DNA of 64,000 nucleotides, taken from positions 145-64,144 of the forward strand of contig JBFHIG010000006.1 of NCBI GenBank assembly GCA_041596615.1, written 5' to 3'. Position 1 is the stretch's first letter. Each line of letters starts with the position of its first letter. The translations under genes and the position numbers were made by a program. The DNA is from Candidatus Moraniibacteriota bacterium. GTDB taxonomy: Bacteria > Patescibacteriota > Minisyncoccia > Moranbacterales > DUUL01. Below the pieces are notes generated by a model, which did no database searches, was not told where the DNA came from, and saw only the letters and a program-made list of their open reading frames with translations. Of this stretch, positions 25,479 to 35,946 are shown piece by piece.

Positions 25479-25507
25479 ATTAAATCATAATCAAATAAAA
25501 ACGTCAA
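25479..25507 (-). promoter_or_regulatory. sigma-70-like promoter for the minus-strand peptidase/membrane-protein operon
   Basis: On the minus strand: TTGACG (plus-strand 25502-25507), a 17-nt spacer, then TTTAAT (plus-strand 25479-25484), about 25 nt upstream of the start at 25455. Confidence 0.45.
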
Positions 25508-25536
25508 TACAATGGGAAGTATGGACATAAAAAACA

Positions 25537-26748
25537 ATGAGTAAATTAGGAAATTATGCATCAGCATTTAAGAGTTCTCTTGATAAGGGAATTGGAAAAA
25601 CAGCTGATAACGCATATAAAATAGCAGGTAAAACTGGAAATATAATGAAAGATGGTGCACTAGCATCCATTAAAGGCAATGTATTTTCTGCAAGTATGGG
25701 TAATATAATCAGAAACAAAGACAACAAGGTTACTTCAGATAAAAACTCAAACAATTCTATTAGTTCAGGCGGTAATTCAGGCGCATTCATTGGTCCGCTC
25801 AACAATACAGACACAATGAAAAACGGATTGAGCGATATTACATCATCAGGTGCTTATGGAAATTCGTACGCAAACGCTAAAAATCAAGCAGTAAGAAACC
25901 AAGTGGCTTCTGGCTGGGATGATGCAGATAGCCTTCGTAGCAGTGTAAGTAAGGAAATAGACGATATGAGCAAGAGTACTTCTAAATTAGGTGCTGCGCG
26001 TGATGCATATCTCAAAGCAAATGAAGAAAATCTAGCTAAAAAAAGAGCTGCAATTGCTGGAAATAGAGAACTTATAACTAAAAATCAAAAGGGAGATCTA
26101 ACTGATCTAGCTAATTCAGTAAGAAATAATATTTTTAACACTAATTTATCTTTAGGAGTTCTCGGAGCTGCTAATTCATCAGCATCTGGTGCGGCTTCTA
26201 AAGCGTTGGCCAGAACAGCTGGTAAAGATAGAAAAGCAATTCTTCAAGGGTATGGAGACCAGATTTCAGGACAGAACCAAGAAGAAGCTAATGCTCAAGA
26301 TTATTATTCACTTCAGAGGAAAAATGCTTATGAATGGGAAGACAGGCAGAAGAAAATCGCACAAGAAGAATATCTTACAAATAAAAAAGTTTTATCAAAG
26401 CTTAAAAGTAAGCTTCCGGACTGGAAGAAGGATGATATTGATGATGAAGACAATCAAAATCTTTCTAAATTTCTTGAGCAGGTCGCTGAAATCTCAGCAC
26501 GAGCAAGAGCATTTCGTGACACGCTTAATGGTTGGATTACAGAAATGGGAGGAAATACGCAGGAGCTTTCAGCTTCTAATATAGGTATCGATACTCCAGC
26601 GGCACTGGATACCCCAGAATTTACTGATGAGTTAAGTATTGGACCAGCTGAAGAAGAAGAGGATTTCTATAATCCAAACATAAAAGATAAGAAAAAAGAA
26701 GGAGACGAGAATGATATTCTAAGTAATCCTCTTATCTTCGCAAATTAA
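25537..26748 (+). CDS. virion-associated protein (internal/ejection protein candidate)
   Basis: 403 aa, Ser/Asn/Ala-rich and helical, directly upstream of the giant ORF. Confidence 0.45.
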   Translation: MSKLGNYASAFKSSLDKGIGKTADNAYKIAGKTGNIMKDGALASIKGNVFSASMGNIIRNKDNKVTSDKNSNNSISSGGNSGAFIGPLNNTDTMKNGLSDITSSGAYGNSYANAKNQAVRNQVASGWDDADSLRSSVSKEIDDMSKSTSKLGAARDAYLKANEENLAKKRAAIAGNRELITKNQKGDLTDLANSVRNNIFNTNLSLGVLGAANSSASGAASKALARTAGKDRKAILQGYGDQISGQNQEEANAQDYYSLQRKNAYEWEDRQKKIAQEEYLTNKKVLSKLKSKLPDWKKDDIDDEDNQNLSKFLEQVAEISARARAFRDTLNGWITEMGGNTQELSASNIGIDTPAALDTPEFTDELSIGPAEEEEDFYNPNIKDKKKEGDENDILSNPLIFAN

Positions 26749-26773
26749 CAAAAACTAAATTTAAACTAACTAT

Positions 26774-29700
26774 ATGGCTCTTTTTGACCTGTATAAAAAA
26801 TTCAAAAAGAAAAAAGAAGAATCCTTTGCTCCAGTAAAACAAAGGACTTCTTCTGGTCTTGGTGCAATGGCACAGAAATTCAAAAATGGAATTGATGCAA
26901 AAATAGGAGATTTTAGCGATAGAGCTTTTGGGAATTTCAATAAAAGCAAAATGGGAGTTCAAAAAAAGGCTTCCAATTTTAGTGATGCTATTTTCAAGGA
27001 TTCTGCTCCAAAATGGATGCAAAGTGTCGATAGTGGATTAAGAAACTTTTCCAATAAAGCAGAGAATGCTCCTAAATTTAATTTTGCAGATAAAATTAAA
27101 AATCCAGTTGGAAAATTTGCAGCATCAATTCCTCAAGAAATAATGAATATTCCTTCTAGAACAGTCTCGGGAGCATTTAAAGACTACGGTAAAAGCAAGG
27201 CAACTCCATCATATCTTATTAAGAGAGGAGCAGAGGCTGCCAATATAGGGTTGGATATAGGTTCTTTATTTGTTGGTGGTAATACTGGAAAAAACCTTGT
27301 AAAAGAGGGATTTAACCAAATTGGTAAAAAAGGATTTAAAGAAACACTCAAAAATGGAGTTAAGCGAGGAGCTAAAGAAGGTCTTGCTTATGGTGCAAGC
27401 TCTGGTGCTCTCTCTGGCCTCCAGGAAGGGGATAGTCTCAAAGAACAAGGAAAAAATGCTATAAAAGGTGCTGTTAAAGGTGGTGCTATGGGTGCTGTTG
27501 CCGGCGGTGTCCTGGGAGGAGTTTCTCCAGCAGTAGGACAAGAAGTGAAAAGAACAATAAATGACATTAAGTTTGTCAAAAATCCTTATGCCAAGAGGAT
27601 TGCCACTAAATATGATTATAGTCCAGTTCCAGGAACATTTGCTCCTGGTGGAAAACCCCAAATGCAACCAATTGCTTCTAGTGAAAGAAAAGTTATTGAA
27701 ACTGTTAAATTGCCATTTCAGCCAAAAAGTATTCTCGGAAAATTAACGACTGCTAAGCCTGGATTAACCATTGAAGATGTTAGCAAAAAAGGTCCACAGG
27801 TAGTCTCATCTGTTGAAGTTGGACAATTGAAAGGTTTAGCTCAAAACGCACGCTCTAGTAGAAATTTTGAACAATTTGTGAATAGTTTAAAATCTGACAA
27901 AGATCTATATTCCAAAGCACTTATATTGAAAAACAAAGGTGTTACACTAAGAGATTTTTATAATCAATCAATAAAGACAAGTATTAAAGATGTTAGCAAA
28001 AAGTCAAAGCAAAATCCAAATCCAGAAAATATATTAAAGGAGCAAATAGGTGATATTTTTACAATACAGAAGCCAGTTTATGATTTATGGAAAAGCAAGG
28101 GGAATGTCATATACATCAAGCCAAATAGAGAAAACGCCGGATTTGGAAGTTGGCTCGGTGGCAAAAATTTTATTAAATCTGTGCAAGAAGCCGGCAACAA
28201 TGTATATAAAGTTACTTTAAAAACTCCATCTAAGCAATTCAAAGTAAATCAAAAATTTAAGAATGTTGTTGATATTCCAAAGGAAGATAAATTGAAAAAA
28301 CTTCAAGGAATAAATATCGAGAAAAAAATAACTCCAAAAAATGAGGTTAGCAAGGTTCTGGATGATATGATGAATAGCTTTGGTCCTGAAGGTCCTAGCG
28401 CCACCCCAGACTGGATTGTCAAAAAGAATAAAATGCGTGCAGATGTTGCAAGAAAAATTGCAAATCAAGACGCAAGAGATGCGGAACACCTTTCAAACGG
28501 TATTACAGCACCTCAAAAACAGGCTCAGGGGAGTCTTTTAGATAAAAATAAGGGAAATGTATCACAATCTCCTTTTAGAAGTAAATGGGAGGATAATTTT
28601 GACAACAATGGTAATTTAAAGAACGAAATGCGTGCTGAAGAGGTTATCCAGAAAAAAATAAATAACCGTCCTTATGTTAAACGAACCAATACTATTGATG
28701 ATATTTATGATACATATGTAAAAAATTCTAATGAGAATAGTAAACCTTTATTAGAAAAAACAAAGGATATTTTAGAGGTTACACCAGAGGGAAAAAGATC
28801 GAGACTCGGGATGCCAAATGAAACAAATATTTTAAATTATTCACAACAACTAAAGGCTATTGGTTATAAGAAAAAACAAATAGATAAAATTGGGTTTAAA
28901 GAGGCGGAAGGAATCATAGATAAGTTCAAAGCTAAGTATGATCCAGAATATTTAAATAAAAAAAATGAAATAGGTAAATTTAAAAAATTTGTTGCAGACT
29001 TTAAGCAAGCTGAAGAGGTTGGCATAGAAAGAGGACTTCAATTTTTGCAAAAATATTCTAAGTTGCCAAGAGAAAAAGCTGAAGAAATAATTTATCACTT
29101 AGATAATCCGACTAATGCTCCTGGAGATGTCGCTCCTTTTGTGAAAGAAATAAGAAATGAATTTGACACTTTCTTCAATGAAGCTCAAAAAGCTGGTCTA
29201 GATGTTGGGTATATCAAAAACTATATTACACACATTTGGAAAGAAGACCCTAAAGAAATAAGCAAAAAAATAGGGAAGGCTTTAAAGAAAGGAATCATAG
29301 GACCAGATGACATTGCTTCAATAGAGCAAGGTGCAACAAAGACTCCATTTTTCGGTTTTGCAAATTCAAGAATGCTAAAGAGTTATGAATTAGGGGAGAA
29401 AATTGGATTGCATAGAAAATATACGCATCCAGCACAGATTATTGGGCATTATGCGAAACAACTAGAAAGAGCTAAATCTGTCTTAAGAGGTATCAATAAT
29501 TTTAAAGAGTCTGGGGAAATTGTTGAGGGATTGCAACCTGGAATGAAGGCATTAACTATGCAAGGAGCAGAGGGATTATCAACTAACCCAAAACTTGCTG
29601 ATAAGTTAAATAATGCATTTAGAGATCCTTCAGAAGAGTATTACACGAATCTGGGTGGTAAGTCATTAGAAAAAGCTGCTGCAGTTTCAAGATGGCTAAA

Positions 29701-31669
29701 AGAGACATTGATGTCAGGAGGTATTCCAGCGACTACTGTAAATTCATACGGGATAAGCATGACACTCAAGGAAATAGGAACTTTATCACCAACAAGGGCT
29801 GCAAATGCAGTAAGTTCATTTGTTGCTGCTAATTCACCGAGGGCAAGTCGTAAATTTTTTATAGAAAATCTAGATCAGATTAAAAAGATAAAAAAGCATG
29901 ACATAAATCTATCAACAATGTTAGATCAAGGTGGATTTTTGGACAAAGGTTTCTTGGCGAATATTTTTGGAGAAAAAGGTAGCGGTATTGGTGGACATTG
30001 GAATGCGCTTATCAATGAGCCAACTTTCCAGAGATATTTACCAATGAATCAAGTTAAATTTTTTAATTCGATTGAAAAGAGATTATTAAAAAAAGGATAT
30101 TCCCAAGTAGATGCTGAGGCAATAGCTGCTAGGGAATTAAAAGAGGGAATGGGACTAGGAAGTGCAGCAAAACAACAAGCTAGGTCTCAATGGTCTAAGG
30201 ATATATTAGAGACAGCTTTTTTTGCGCCAACTCATAGAGCAAATATGTTTAGGGTTTTTGGTAATGCTTTGAAATCTTTCAGTAGAAACCCTCTTAAAAG
30301 AGGAAATCGATCTGCTACACAATTTCTAACAGGTGGGTTGGCTGTTTATGCCTTGTATGATTGGGTGAACTATAAAAATACAGGTCAACATTTATGGGAT
30401 AATCCTGAGGGTAAAAAGTTTGAGTCATATATAAAAATTGGGAACAATGGAGATTTAATTTCAATCCCCTTTATGCCATCAGTCGCAACAATGCCACGAC
30501 TTGGAATTAAGGTTGGCGAGAAATTATTTAAAGGAGATTTGAGTGGAGCACTTGGGAGCGCATGGCAAGGGAGTGGCTCTCTTTTATCGAAACCTCTCGC
30601 TGATGTTGCAACGAACAGCGATTATTTTGGGCGTAATATTTCTGATGAGGACGACTCTGTTTCTAAACAATGGTTAGATCGAGCAAAATATCTAGGCAAA
30701 TCATATACTGGGCACCCATGGGTTAAGGGAGGAATTGACTTTGCTTCTGGCAAACCAAACAGAGAGGTTTTGGCACAAATGACTGAGGCTCCAATAAGAT
30801 TTAGTACGGAAGGAAAAGTCGCCAGTAAGAAGTTCTGGGATACAAAAGAGAGGGTCAAAAACGTATATGAAGAATTCAGGGCATTGGCAAAAACTAATCC
30901 AGAAGGAGCTAATGAGTTTTATTATAAAAACAAAGAAGATATTGATTCTTGGCCAAAAATCAATGAGATTTCACAGATGTATTCAAATTTAAAAGGATCT
31001 GACAGAGAAACTTCTGATTTAAAAGAATTTACTTTTAGAGACAAATTCGGAGACATTGTAAATGATATAGGGTTTGGTTTTGGTAAAAATGCACAAGCTA
31101 AAGAATTGGAAAACGGTGATGAAATGAGCTCACCAATGCAAAAAATAATGCGTGGCTTTGAAATAGAACAAAAGAAGGTTGAATTAGCTAATTCAACTGA
31201 TAATTTTATGGATTTGGGAGATATCGTATTGAGAAAAAGTCTTGATGGAACAGTAAAACAAACAAGAAAGGATACTTTCACTTCACAAATTCTTCAGCAA
31301 AAAATGGAGGGCCAAAAAAGAAATGAAAATCTTAGCGGATGGATGAAGTCAGCGGAGGAAAAGTTTAGTTTAATGGAGGGAATGATGAATGATTCTAGTC
31401 TTGATGAATTAGATAAAAGCACAATTCAAAACGATATGGAGAGTCTGATGGAGACTTACATGAAGTACAAAAGTTACGGAGGATTCACTAAACCAAAAAA
31501 GGCGAAAAAGGCCAAAGATTTAGATCTCGATACCTCATTTATTGAACTTAAACTAATGAAAGAATTCGGTGGATCTAAAAAAGCAGCAAAGGCCATATTT
31601 AGACCTAGCACAAAAGGAATAAGCACAGTCTCAAGAAAACAACGCAAGATAATTTTAAGAAAAAAATAA
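26774..31669 (+). CDS. giant 1631-aa virion protein (internal core/ejection protein or tape-measure-like)
   Basis: The longest ORF in the window. It has a Gly/Ala-rich hydrophobic stretch (GAVKGGAMGAVAGGVLGGVSPAVG) and no enzymatic motif. It sits between the head and tail genes. Confidence 0.55.
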   Translation: MALFDLYKKFKKKKEESFAPVKQRTSSGLGAMAQKFKNGIDAKIGDFSDRAFGNFNKSKMGVQKKASNFSDAIFKDSAPKWMQSVDSGLRNFSNKAENAPKFNFADKIKNPVGKFAASIPQEIMNIPSRTVSGAFKDYGKSKATPSYLIKRGAEAANIGLDIGSLFVGGNTGKNLVKEGFNQIGKKGFKETLKNGVKRGAKEGLAYGASSGALSGLQEGDSLKEQGKNAIKGAVKGGAMGAVAGGVLGGVSPAVGQEVKRTINDIKFVKNPYAKRIATKYDYSPVPGTFAPGGKPQMQPIASSERKVIETVKLPFQPKSILGKLTTAKPGLTIEDVSKKGPQVVSSVEVGQLKGLAQNARSSRNFEQFVNSLKSDKDLYSKALILKNKGVTLRDFYNQSIKTSIKDVSKKSKQNPNPENILKEQIGDIFTIQKPVYDLWKSKGNVIYIKPNRENAGFGSWLGGKNFIKSVQEAGNNVYKVTLKTPSKQFKVNQKFKNVVDIPKEDKLKKLQGINIEKKITPKNEVSKVLDDMMNSFGPEGPSATPDWIVKKNKMRADVARKIANQDARDAEHLSNGITAPQKQAQGSLLDKNKGNVSQSPFRSKWEDNFDNNGNLKNEMRAEEVIQKKINNRPYVKRTNTIDDIYDTYVKNSNENSKPLLEKTKDILEVTPEGKRSRLGMPNETNILNYSQQLKAIGYKKKQIDKIGFKEAEGIIDKFKAKYDPEYLNKKNEIGKFKKFVADFKQAEEVGIERGLQFLQKYSKLPREKAEEIIYHLDNPTNAPGDVAPFVKEIRNEFDTFFNEAQKAGLDVGYIKNYITHIWKEDPKEISKKIGKALKKGIIGPDDIASIEQGATKTPFFGFANSRMLKSYELGEKIGLHRKYTHPAQIIGHYAKQLERAKSVLRGINNFKESGEIVEGLQPGMKALTMQGAEGLSTNPKLADKLNNAFRDPSEEYYTNLGGKSLEKAAAVSRWLKETLMSGGIPATTVNSYGISMTLKEIGTLSPTRAANAVSSFVAANSPRASRKFFIENLDQIKKIKKHDINLSTMLDQGGFLDKGFLANIFGEKGSGIGGHWNALINEPTFQRYLPMNQVKFFNSIEKRLLKKGYSQVDAEAIAARELKEGMGLGSAAKQQARSQWSKDILETAFFAPTHRANMFRVFGNALKSFSRNPLKRGNRSATQFLTGGLAVYALYDWVNYKNTGQHLWDNPEGKKFESYIKIGNNGDLISIPFMPSVATMPRLGIKVGEKLFKGDLSGALGSAWQGSGSLLSKPLADVATNSDYFGRNISDEDDSVSKQWLDRAKYLGKSYTGHPWVKGGIDFASGKPNREVLAQMTEAPIRFSTEGKVASKKFWDTKERVKNVYEEFRALAKTNPEGANEFYYKNKEDIDSWPKINEISQMYSNLKGSDRETSDLKEFTFRDKFGDIVNDIGFGFGKNAQAKELENGDEMSSPMQKIMRGFEIEQKKVELANSTDNFMDLGDIVLRKSLDGTVKQTRKDTFTSQILQQKMEGQKRNENLSGWMKSAEEKFSLMEGMMNDSSLDELDKSTIQNDMESLMETYMKYKSYGGFTKPKKAKKAKDLDLDTSFIELKLMKEFGGSKKAAKAIFRPSTKGISTVSRKQRKIILRKK

Positions 31670-31670
31670 A

Positions 31671-32306
31671 ATGGAAACAATTCAAGAGGTTCTGCAAAAT
31701 GTTCATGTTGAGTACGAAAAGAATACAGATTATCCGGAAGCATCTTCTGAGGATTTTGTTGTACGTCTTGCTTATGCTAATCGTGGAATAGCTACTTGGG
31801 AGAAAGAAGCTCGAGATAATGTTCAGTGGCCAGAGCTTAAAGAAGATGGTGAGGTTGCTGCAAATGGAACAGGTCTTGATTCTCTTCCAGATAATTTCTT
31901 TAGCTTCATAAGAGCAGATGAACACCCAGCAGTTATTTCCGATGGAAAGACTCAATGGCTCGAGGTGAGAATGGGGGAGGGAAGAAGAATGAAACAAGAT
32001 AATTTAAGCCCTAATGTATTTTGGATTGAAGCTGGAAAAATAAGGACTCTTCCTGCAATTTCAGGAACTATATATTTTCCTTATATCAGAAAAGCAACTA
32101 GATATTCAACTGGCGTAGAAACTGATGCTTTAGATGTTGATCCTGAATATTTGCTCGAGTATGTTTTAGGAAAATTATATTTAGATGATAAGAATTTCAA
32201 TATTGCACAGGTACATTTTGATAATGCAAAAGATATTTTAGATAGCAAAAAATATCAATTAATCACTGGGACTCCTTCAGAATCTAGTTTCGGGATAGGA
32301 ATGTAA
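31671..32306 (+). CDS. tail/adaptor protein (tail-tubular-A-like by size and position)
   Basis: 211 aa, starting 2 nt after the giant ORF. Confidence 0.4.
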   Translation: METIQEVLQNVHVEYEKNTDYPEASSEDFVVRLAYANRGIATWEKEARDNVQWPELKEDGEVAANGTGLDSLPDNFFSFIRADEHPAVISDGKTQWLEVRMGEGRRMKQDNLSPNVFWIEAGKIRTLPAISGTIYFPYIRKATRYSTGVETDALDVDPEYLLEYVLGKLYLDDKNFNIAQVHFDNAKDILDSKKYQLITGTPSESSFGIGM

Positions 32307-32318
32307 ATTATTTAAACA

Positions 32319-34301
32319 ATGCGTAAAATCAATTTTAGACAATCGAATCAAGAATCTCCCTGGAAAATGGAATTAGATGATTTTTCAGGGGGTAGTGCAA
32401 CACTTCTTGATGATGCGCTTCTTGGAAAAAAATATGCCAAAGAGCTAATAAACATGATTCAGGTTCAAGACGGAAGAAATAAAGTTCGACCAGGAACTGC
32501 TTTTTATGGAGCTGCTATTCCTGGAGAATCTGAAATATTAGGGGCTGGGGAATATATTAAAAACGATGGAGCAAGGGAACTTGTTGCAATTGGTGCAACA
32601 ACTGGGAAAGGATACAGCTCAATTGATGGAGGAGCTTGGAGTGAAATCACTGGAGCGATATTTGATATTAACGCAAAGCAACCATTTTTCAAACAGATTA
32701 ATAATTATTTATTTGTATGTAATGGAGCCGATCCGTTAACTAGATACAATGGTTCTGTTTTTACTAGGTATACAACTATCAGCGCACCTACAGGATTTGC
32801 AGGCGTGAGAGGCGCAGGATTAACTGCTGGCAGTTATCACAATTATTACAAAGTAACAGCGCTTAATGATGTTGGTGAAACAGTCGGAAGTTCAGAAATT
32901 GATGTTACTTCAAACAAAGAAAGAAGTGTTTGGAATTCAGTTAGTAACGAATATGTTTCATTATCCTGGACAGCAGTAAGTGGAGCAACAAAATATCAAG
33001 TTTATTATTCTGAATCAGCAGGAGAAGAAACTCTTTTAGCCAATGTAGAATCAAATAGTTATAAAGACGACAACTCTAATGTCTCAAATCCTTTTGTGCT
33101 TTGCCCAGACGTAGATACAACTGGAGCGCCAAAGTTTTCAATGATTTCAATGAGTGGCTCAAGAATTTGGGGTGTGGCACCGGATGAACATCCTTACAGA
33201 GTTTTTTATTCAGGTACTGGCCAATATCTAGGATATTTCGCTGATGCTTATGGTGGTGGATGGGTTGATCTTGATAAAGGAGGAAGAGAGACAGTACAAT
33301 TTGTTGAGCATTATCGAACTGGAAAAGGTGATAGTGCTGCAACCGTTTTTTGTAAAACACCAGAAGGAACTGGTGCTATTTGGCAAATTTCACTTGAGGC
33401 TTATCCGATAGGTGATTCTACAATTATTGTTCCTAGCCCTCAAAAGATTGTCGGTTCAATTGGAACTGATGCTCCTGGAGCAGTGGTTAAAGCAATGGAT
33501 TCATTGATTTTCCCGAACAAAAAAGGTGTATTCAATCTTGGAAATAAAGCTCAGGTAACAAATGTTTTATCTACTGATGAACTAAGCGGAAATATTCGTC
33601 CTTCATATAGATCACTATTTTTATCCAGGATTGGTCAAATGGCTGGATATTGGTATGATGCAAAAATTTTCTTTTCAGCTCCAGAGGGAGATGGAGAAAA
33701 TGATATGACATTCATCAATGACACAGAAAGAAAGAATTGGAACTGGAAATGGACAATTGGATTTAAACAGTTCTTGGAATATACGGACTCAGATGGAAAC
33801 ACAAAGTTTTTAGGTGTAAAGCCAGGAGAGCCACAACTCATTGAAATCTCAGACAATTTCTTAAGTGATTTAGGAAAACCAATCAAAACATCATATATCA
33901 GCGGACTTTTTCCTATAGATGAGAAAGACCAGTCGGAATTTGCAAAAGTTGATGAGGTGATTGTTGTGCTTGGACGACCAAAGGGAACTATTAATATTGA
34001 AGTTCTTGGTTTAGAGAAAAAAAGAGGTTTTTCATCGATTAAAACAAAGCAGATAACGGATACCTTGCAGGTCAATGAATTTTGGACTGGAGATTTAGGA
34101 GAGATAACCTTGAAAGACGAGGAAGATGCTCCAAAAACTTATTCCCAAGCAACAGTTAAAAAGAGAATAAAAATCGGAAAGGAATTAAACGGAATCCAAT
34201 TTCATATCTATTCAAATTCTATCAATGTAGATTATACAATTTTACATATCCAAGCCAAGGGAACAATCACACCAACACGACCACCTTCGAGTTGGAACTA
34301 A
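32319..34301 (+). CDS. tail protein with fibronectin-type-III-like insertion (tail-tubular-B/nozzle-like by size and position)
   Basis: 660 aa. YYKVTALNDVGETVGSSEIDV ... VSLSWTAVSGATKYQVYYSE is a typical FN3 pattern. Confidence 0.5.
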   Translation: MRKINFRQSNQESPWKMELDDFSGGSATLLDDALLGKKYAKELINMIQVQDGRNKVRPGTAFYGAAIPGESEILGAGEYIKNDGARELVAIGATTGKGYSSIDGGAWSEITGAIFDINAKQPFFKQINNYLFVCNGADPLTRYNGSVFTRYTTISAPTGFAGVRGAGLTAGSYHNYYKVTALNDVGETVGSSEIDVTSNKERSVWNSVSNEYVSLSWTAVSGATKYQVYYSESAGEETLLANVESNSYKDDNSNVSNPFVLCPDVDTTGAPKFSMISMSGSRIWGVAPDEHPYRVFYSGTGQYLGYFADAYGGGWVDLDKGGRETVQFVEHYRTGKGDSAATVFCKTPEGTGAIWQISLEAYPIGDSTIIVPSPQKIVGSIGTDAPGAVVKAMDSLIFPNKKGVFNLGNKAQVTNVLSTDELSGNIRPSYRSLFLSRIGQMAGYWYDAKIFFSAPEGDGENDMTFINDTERKNWNWKWTIGFKQFLEYTDSDGNTKFLGVKPGEPQLIEISDNFLSDLGKPIKTSYISGLFPIDEKDQSEFAKVDEVIVVLGRPKGTINIEVLGLEKKRGFSSIKTKQITDTLQVNEFWTGDLGEITLKDEEDAPKTYSQATVKKRIKIGKELNGIQFHIYSNSINVDYTILHIQAKGTITPTRPPSSWN

Positions 34302-34325
34302 TATTAATTATTTATAAACAAAAAA

Positions 34326-35462
34326 ATGGGTGCACAAAACACAGACTTATTATTGAAAGTAGCTTCTAACACTGGTTGGCAATTAGGTGCTTCAGGTATT
34401 CCAGATGCAGAGATTGAAACCGCTGGGCTTGTTTCAGCAGCAGGACTTCCACAGGATACAGCCGTATTAGTGACTATTGATAGAGTTGACCAAAATGGGA
34501 ACAAAACGCCAAGTAAAATGGAGCGTGTTATTGGAGTTGTTTCAGGCGATAACTTAGTCAGTTGTCTTCGAGGAGTAGAGGGAACAGCACAGGGACATTC
34601 CGGCGGAGCTGTTGTTGAAATTGTTATTTGCGCAAGCAATATAAATAAATTGATGCAAGCGATTCTAGCAGAACACAATCAGGATGGGAGCCATGGAAAT
34701 GTTAATGCAGAGAATGTTAAAGCAACTGGATTGGAAATCTCTAGTGTCACTTGGGAAAATCTAATAAAAGGGTGGTTTGAAGCTGGGGAAGCTTGGGCTT
34801 ATGTCGCTACCAATAAATTTAAGATAGAGGGAGTTGATCTAACAGCAAAATATACTAAAGGGGCAAAAATCAAACTTATTAATAACTCTGTTGTCAAATA
34901 TTTTTATGTTGTAACAAGTGTGTTTTCTACTGACACAACAGTGACTGTAACTGGAGAAGTAGACTTAGTCGATTCAGAAATTACACTTCCTTTTTATTCT
35001 TATAATGATTGTCCTCAGGGGTTTAAACGAGGAGAAGATTGGTATAGAGCAAGGGTCTATCGTAATGCGGCACAAACAGCAAATGAAGCAGTTTATACTA
35101 AAATTTTATATGATACTGAAAATTATGACCCCAACAATAATTTTGCTTCTTCTGGATATACAGCCCCGGTATCTGGATATTATAATATCAATACGCACGT
35201 TTCTGTAGCTTTAGCGGGGGCAACATTATCTGCACTACTTTCTACTATAGATGTAAATTCCGTTCCTGTAACAACTGGATCAAGAATCGGTGGAGGTTAT
35301 TCACCACAAATAACGGCTAGTATAGCTACAGACATAATCTATCTAAACAAAGGAGATGTTGTTACTAGCACAGTCTATCAATCTACTGGGGCTAATAGGG
35401 TTATTGAAGTGGTATCAACCGGCAGTAGAAATTATATGTCTATCCAATTTGTCGGAGTATAA
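34326..35462 (+). CDS. tail fibre / receptor-binding protein
   Basis: The N-terminal CLRGVEGTAQGHSGGAVVE motif is common in phage tail-fibre N-termini. The C-terminal half is beta-rich. Confidence 0.55.
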   Translation: MGAQNTDLLLKVASNTGWQLGASGIPDAEIETAGLVSAAGLPQDTAVLVTIDRVDQNGNKTPSKMERVIGVVSGDNLVSCLRGVEGTAQGHSGGAVVEIVICASNINKLMQAILAEHNQDGSHGNVNAENVKATGLEISSVTWENLIKGWFEAGEAWAYVATNKFKIEGVDLTAKYTKGAKIKLINNSVVKYFYVVTSVFSTDTTVTVTGEVDLVDSEITLPFYSYNDCPQGFKRGEDWYRARVYRNAAQTANEAVYTKILYDTENYDPNNNFASSGYTAPVSGYYNINTHVSVALAGATLSALLSTIDVNSVPVTTGSRIGGGYSPQITASIATDIIYLNKGDVVTSTVYQSTGANRVIEVVSTGSRNYMSIQFVGV

Positions 35463-35489
35463 AACATTAAAAATTTATTAACTAAAAAA

Positions 35490-35690
35490 ATGAACCAAGA
35501 AACAAAAGAAAATATTGAAAGACATCTTAAGTCATTCGTCCTAACCTACATCACAACATTCTTTATTTTGTATACTGCACTGGTTACAGAGGAATCAATG
35601 TTTGATCTTGTTATTATCGGAAATGTCGCTAAGGTTGCACTTTTATCAATCGTGAGAAATCTCGTTAAGTTGTATACGGATAAAAAATGA
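35490..35690 (+). CDS. holin candidate
   Basis: 66 aa with two hydrophobic helices and a charged C-terminus. First gene of the lysis cassette. Confidence 0.5.
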   Translation: MNQETKENIERHLKSFVLTYITTFFILYTALVTEESMFDLVIIGNVAKVALLSIVRNLVKLYTDKK

Positions 35691-35935
35691 GTAAAGACAT
35701 TGTAACTCAAAAAGAGTGTTCAGAAATAAACAAGGAGGTAATGAGAAAAATAGATGATGTAAAAAAGGATATCGGAGATGTAAAGCTTCAGATTGCAGGT
35801 TTGCCAAAGGATTTAGCAGATGAATTCGATAAAAGATATGCTACAAAAAAGACGGAGAAAACTGTTGATAAGGTTGTCTGGATTGTGGTTGTTGCTTTTG
35901 TATTGGCAGTTTTAGAACTTATATTAAAAAAATAA
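35687..35935 (+). CDS. XhlA-like lysis-associated membrane protein
   Basis: 82 aa: an N-terminal coiled coil (KECSEINKEVMRKIDDVKKDIGDVKLQI) and a single C-terminal TM helix, as in XhlA-family proteins of phage lysis cassettes. Confidence 0.5.
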   Translation: MSKDIVTQKECSEINKEVMRKIDDVKKDIGDVKLQIAGLPKDLADEFDKRYATKKTEKTVDKVVWIVVVAFVLAVLELILKK

Positions 35936-35946
35936 TAATTACAAAA

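Noticed and set aside
34326-35462. Diversity-generating or phase-variable tail fibre (shufflon-like C-terminal cassettes)
   Set aside because: No repeated C-terminal cassette, no nearby inverted repeats within or after the gene, and no RT. The nearest inverted-repeat pair (36734-37045) lies beyond the lysis cassette.
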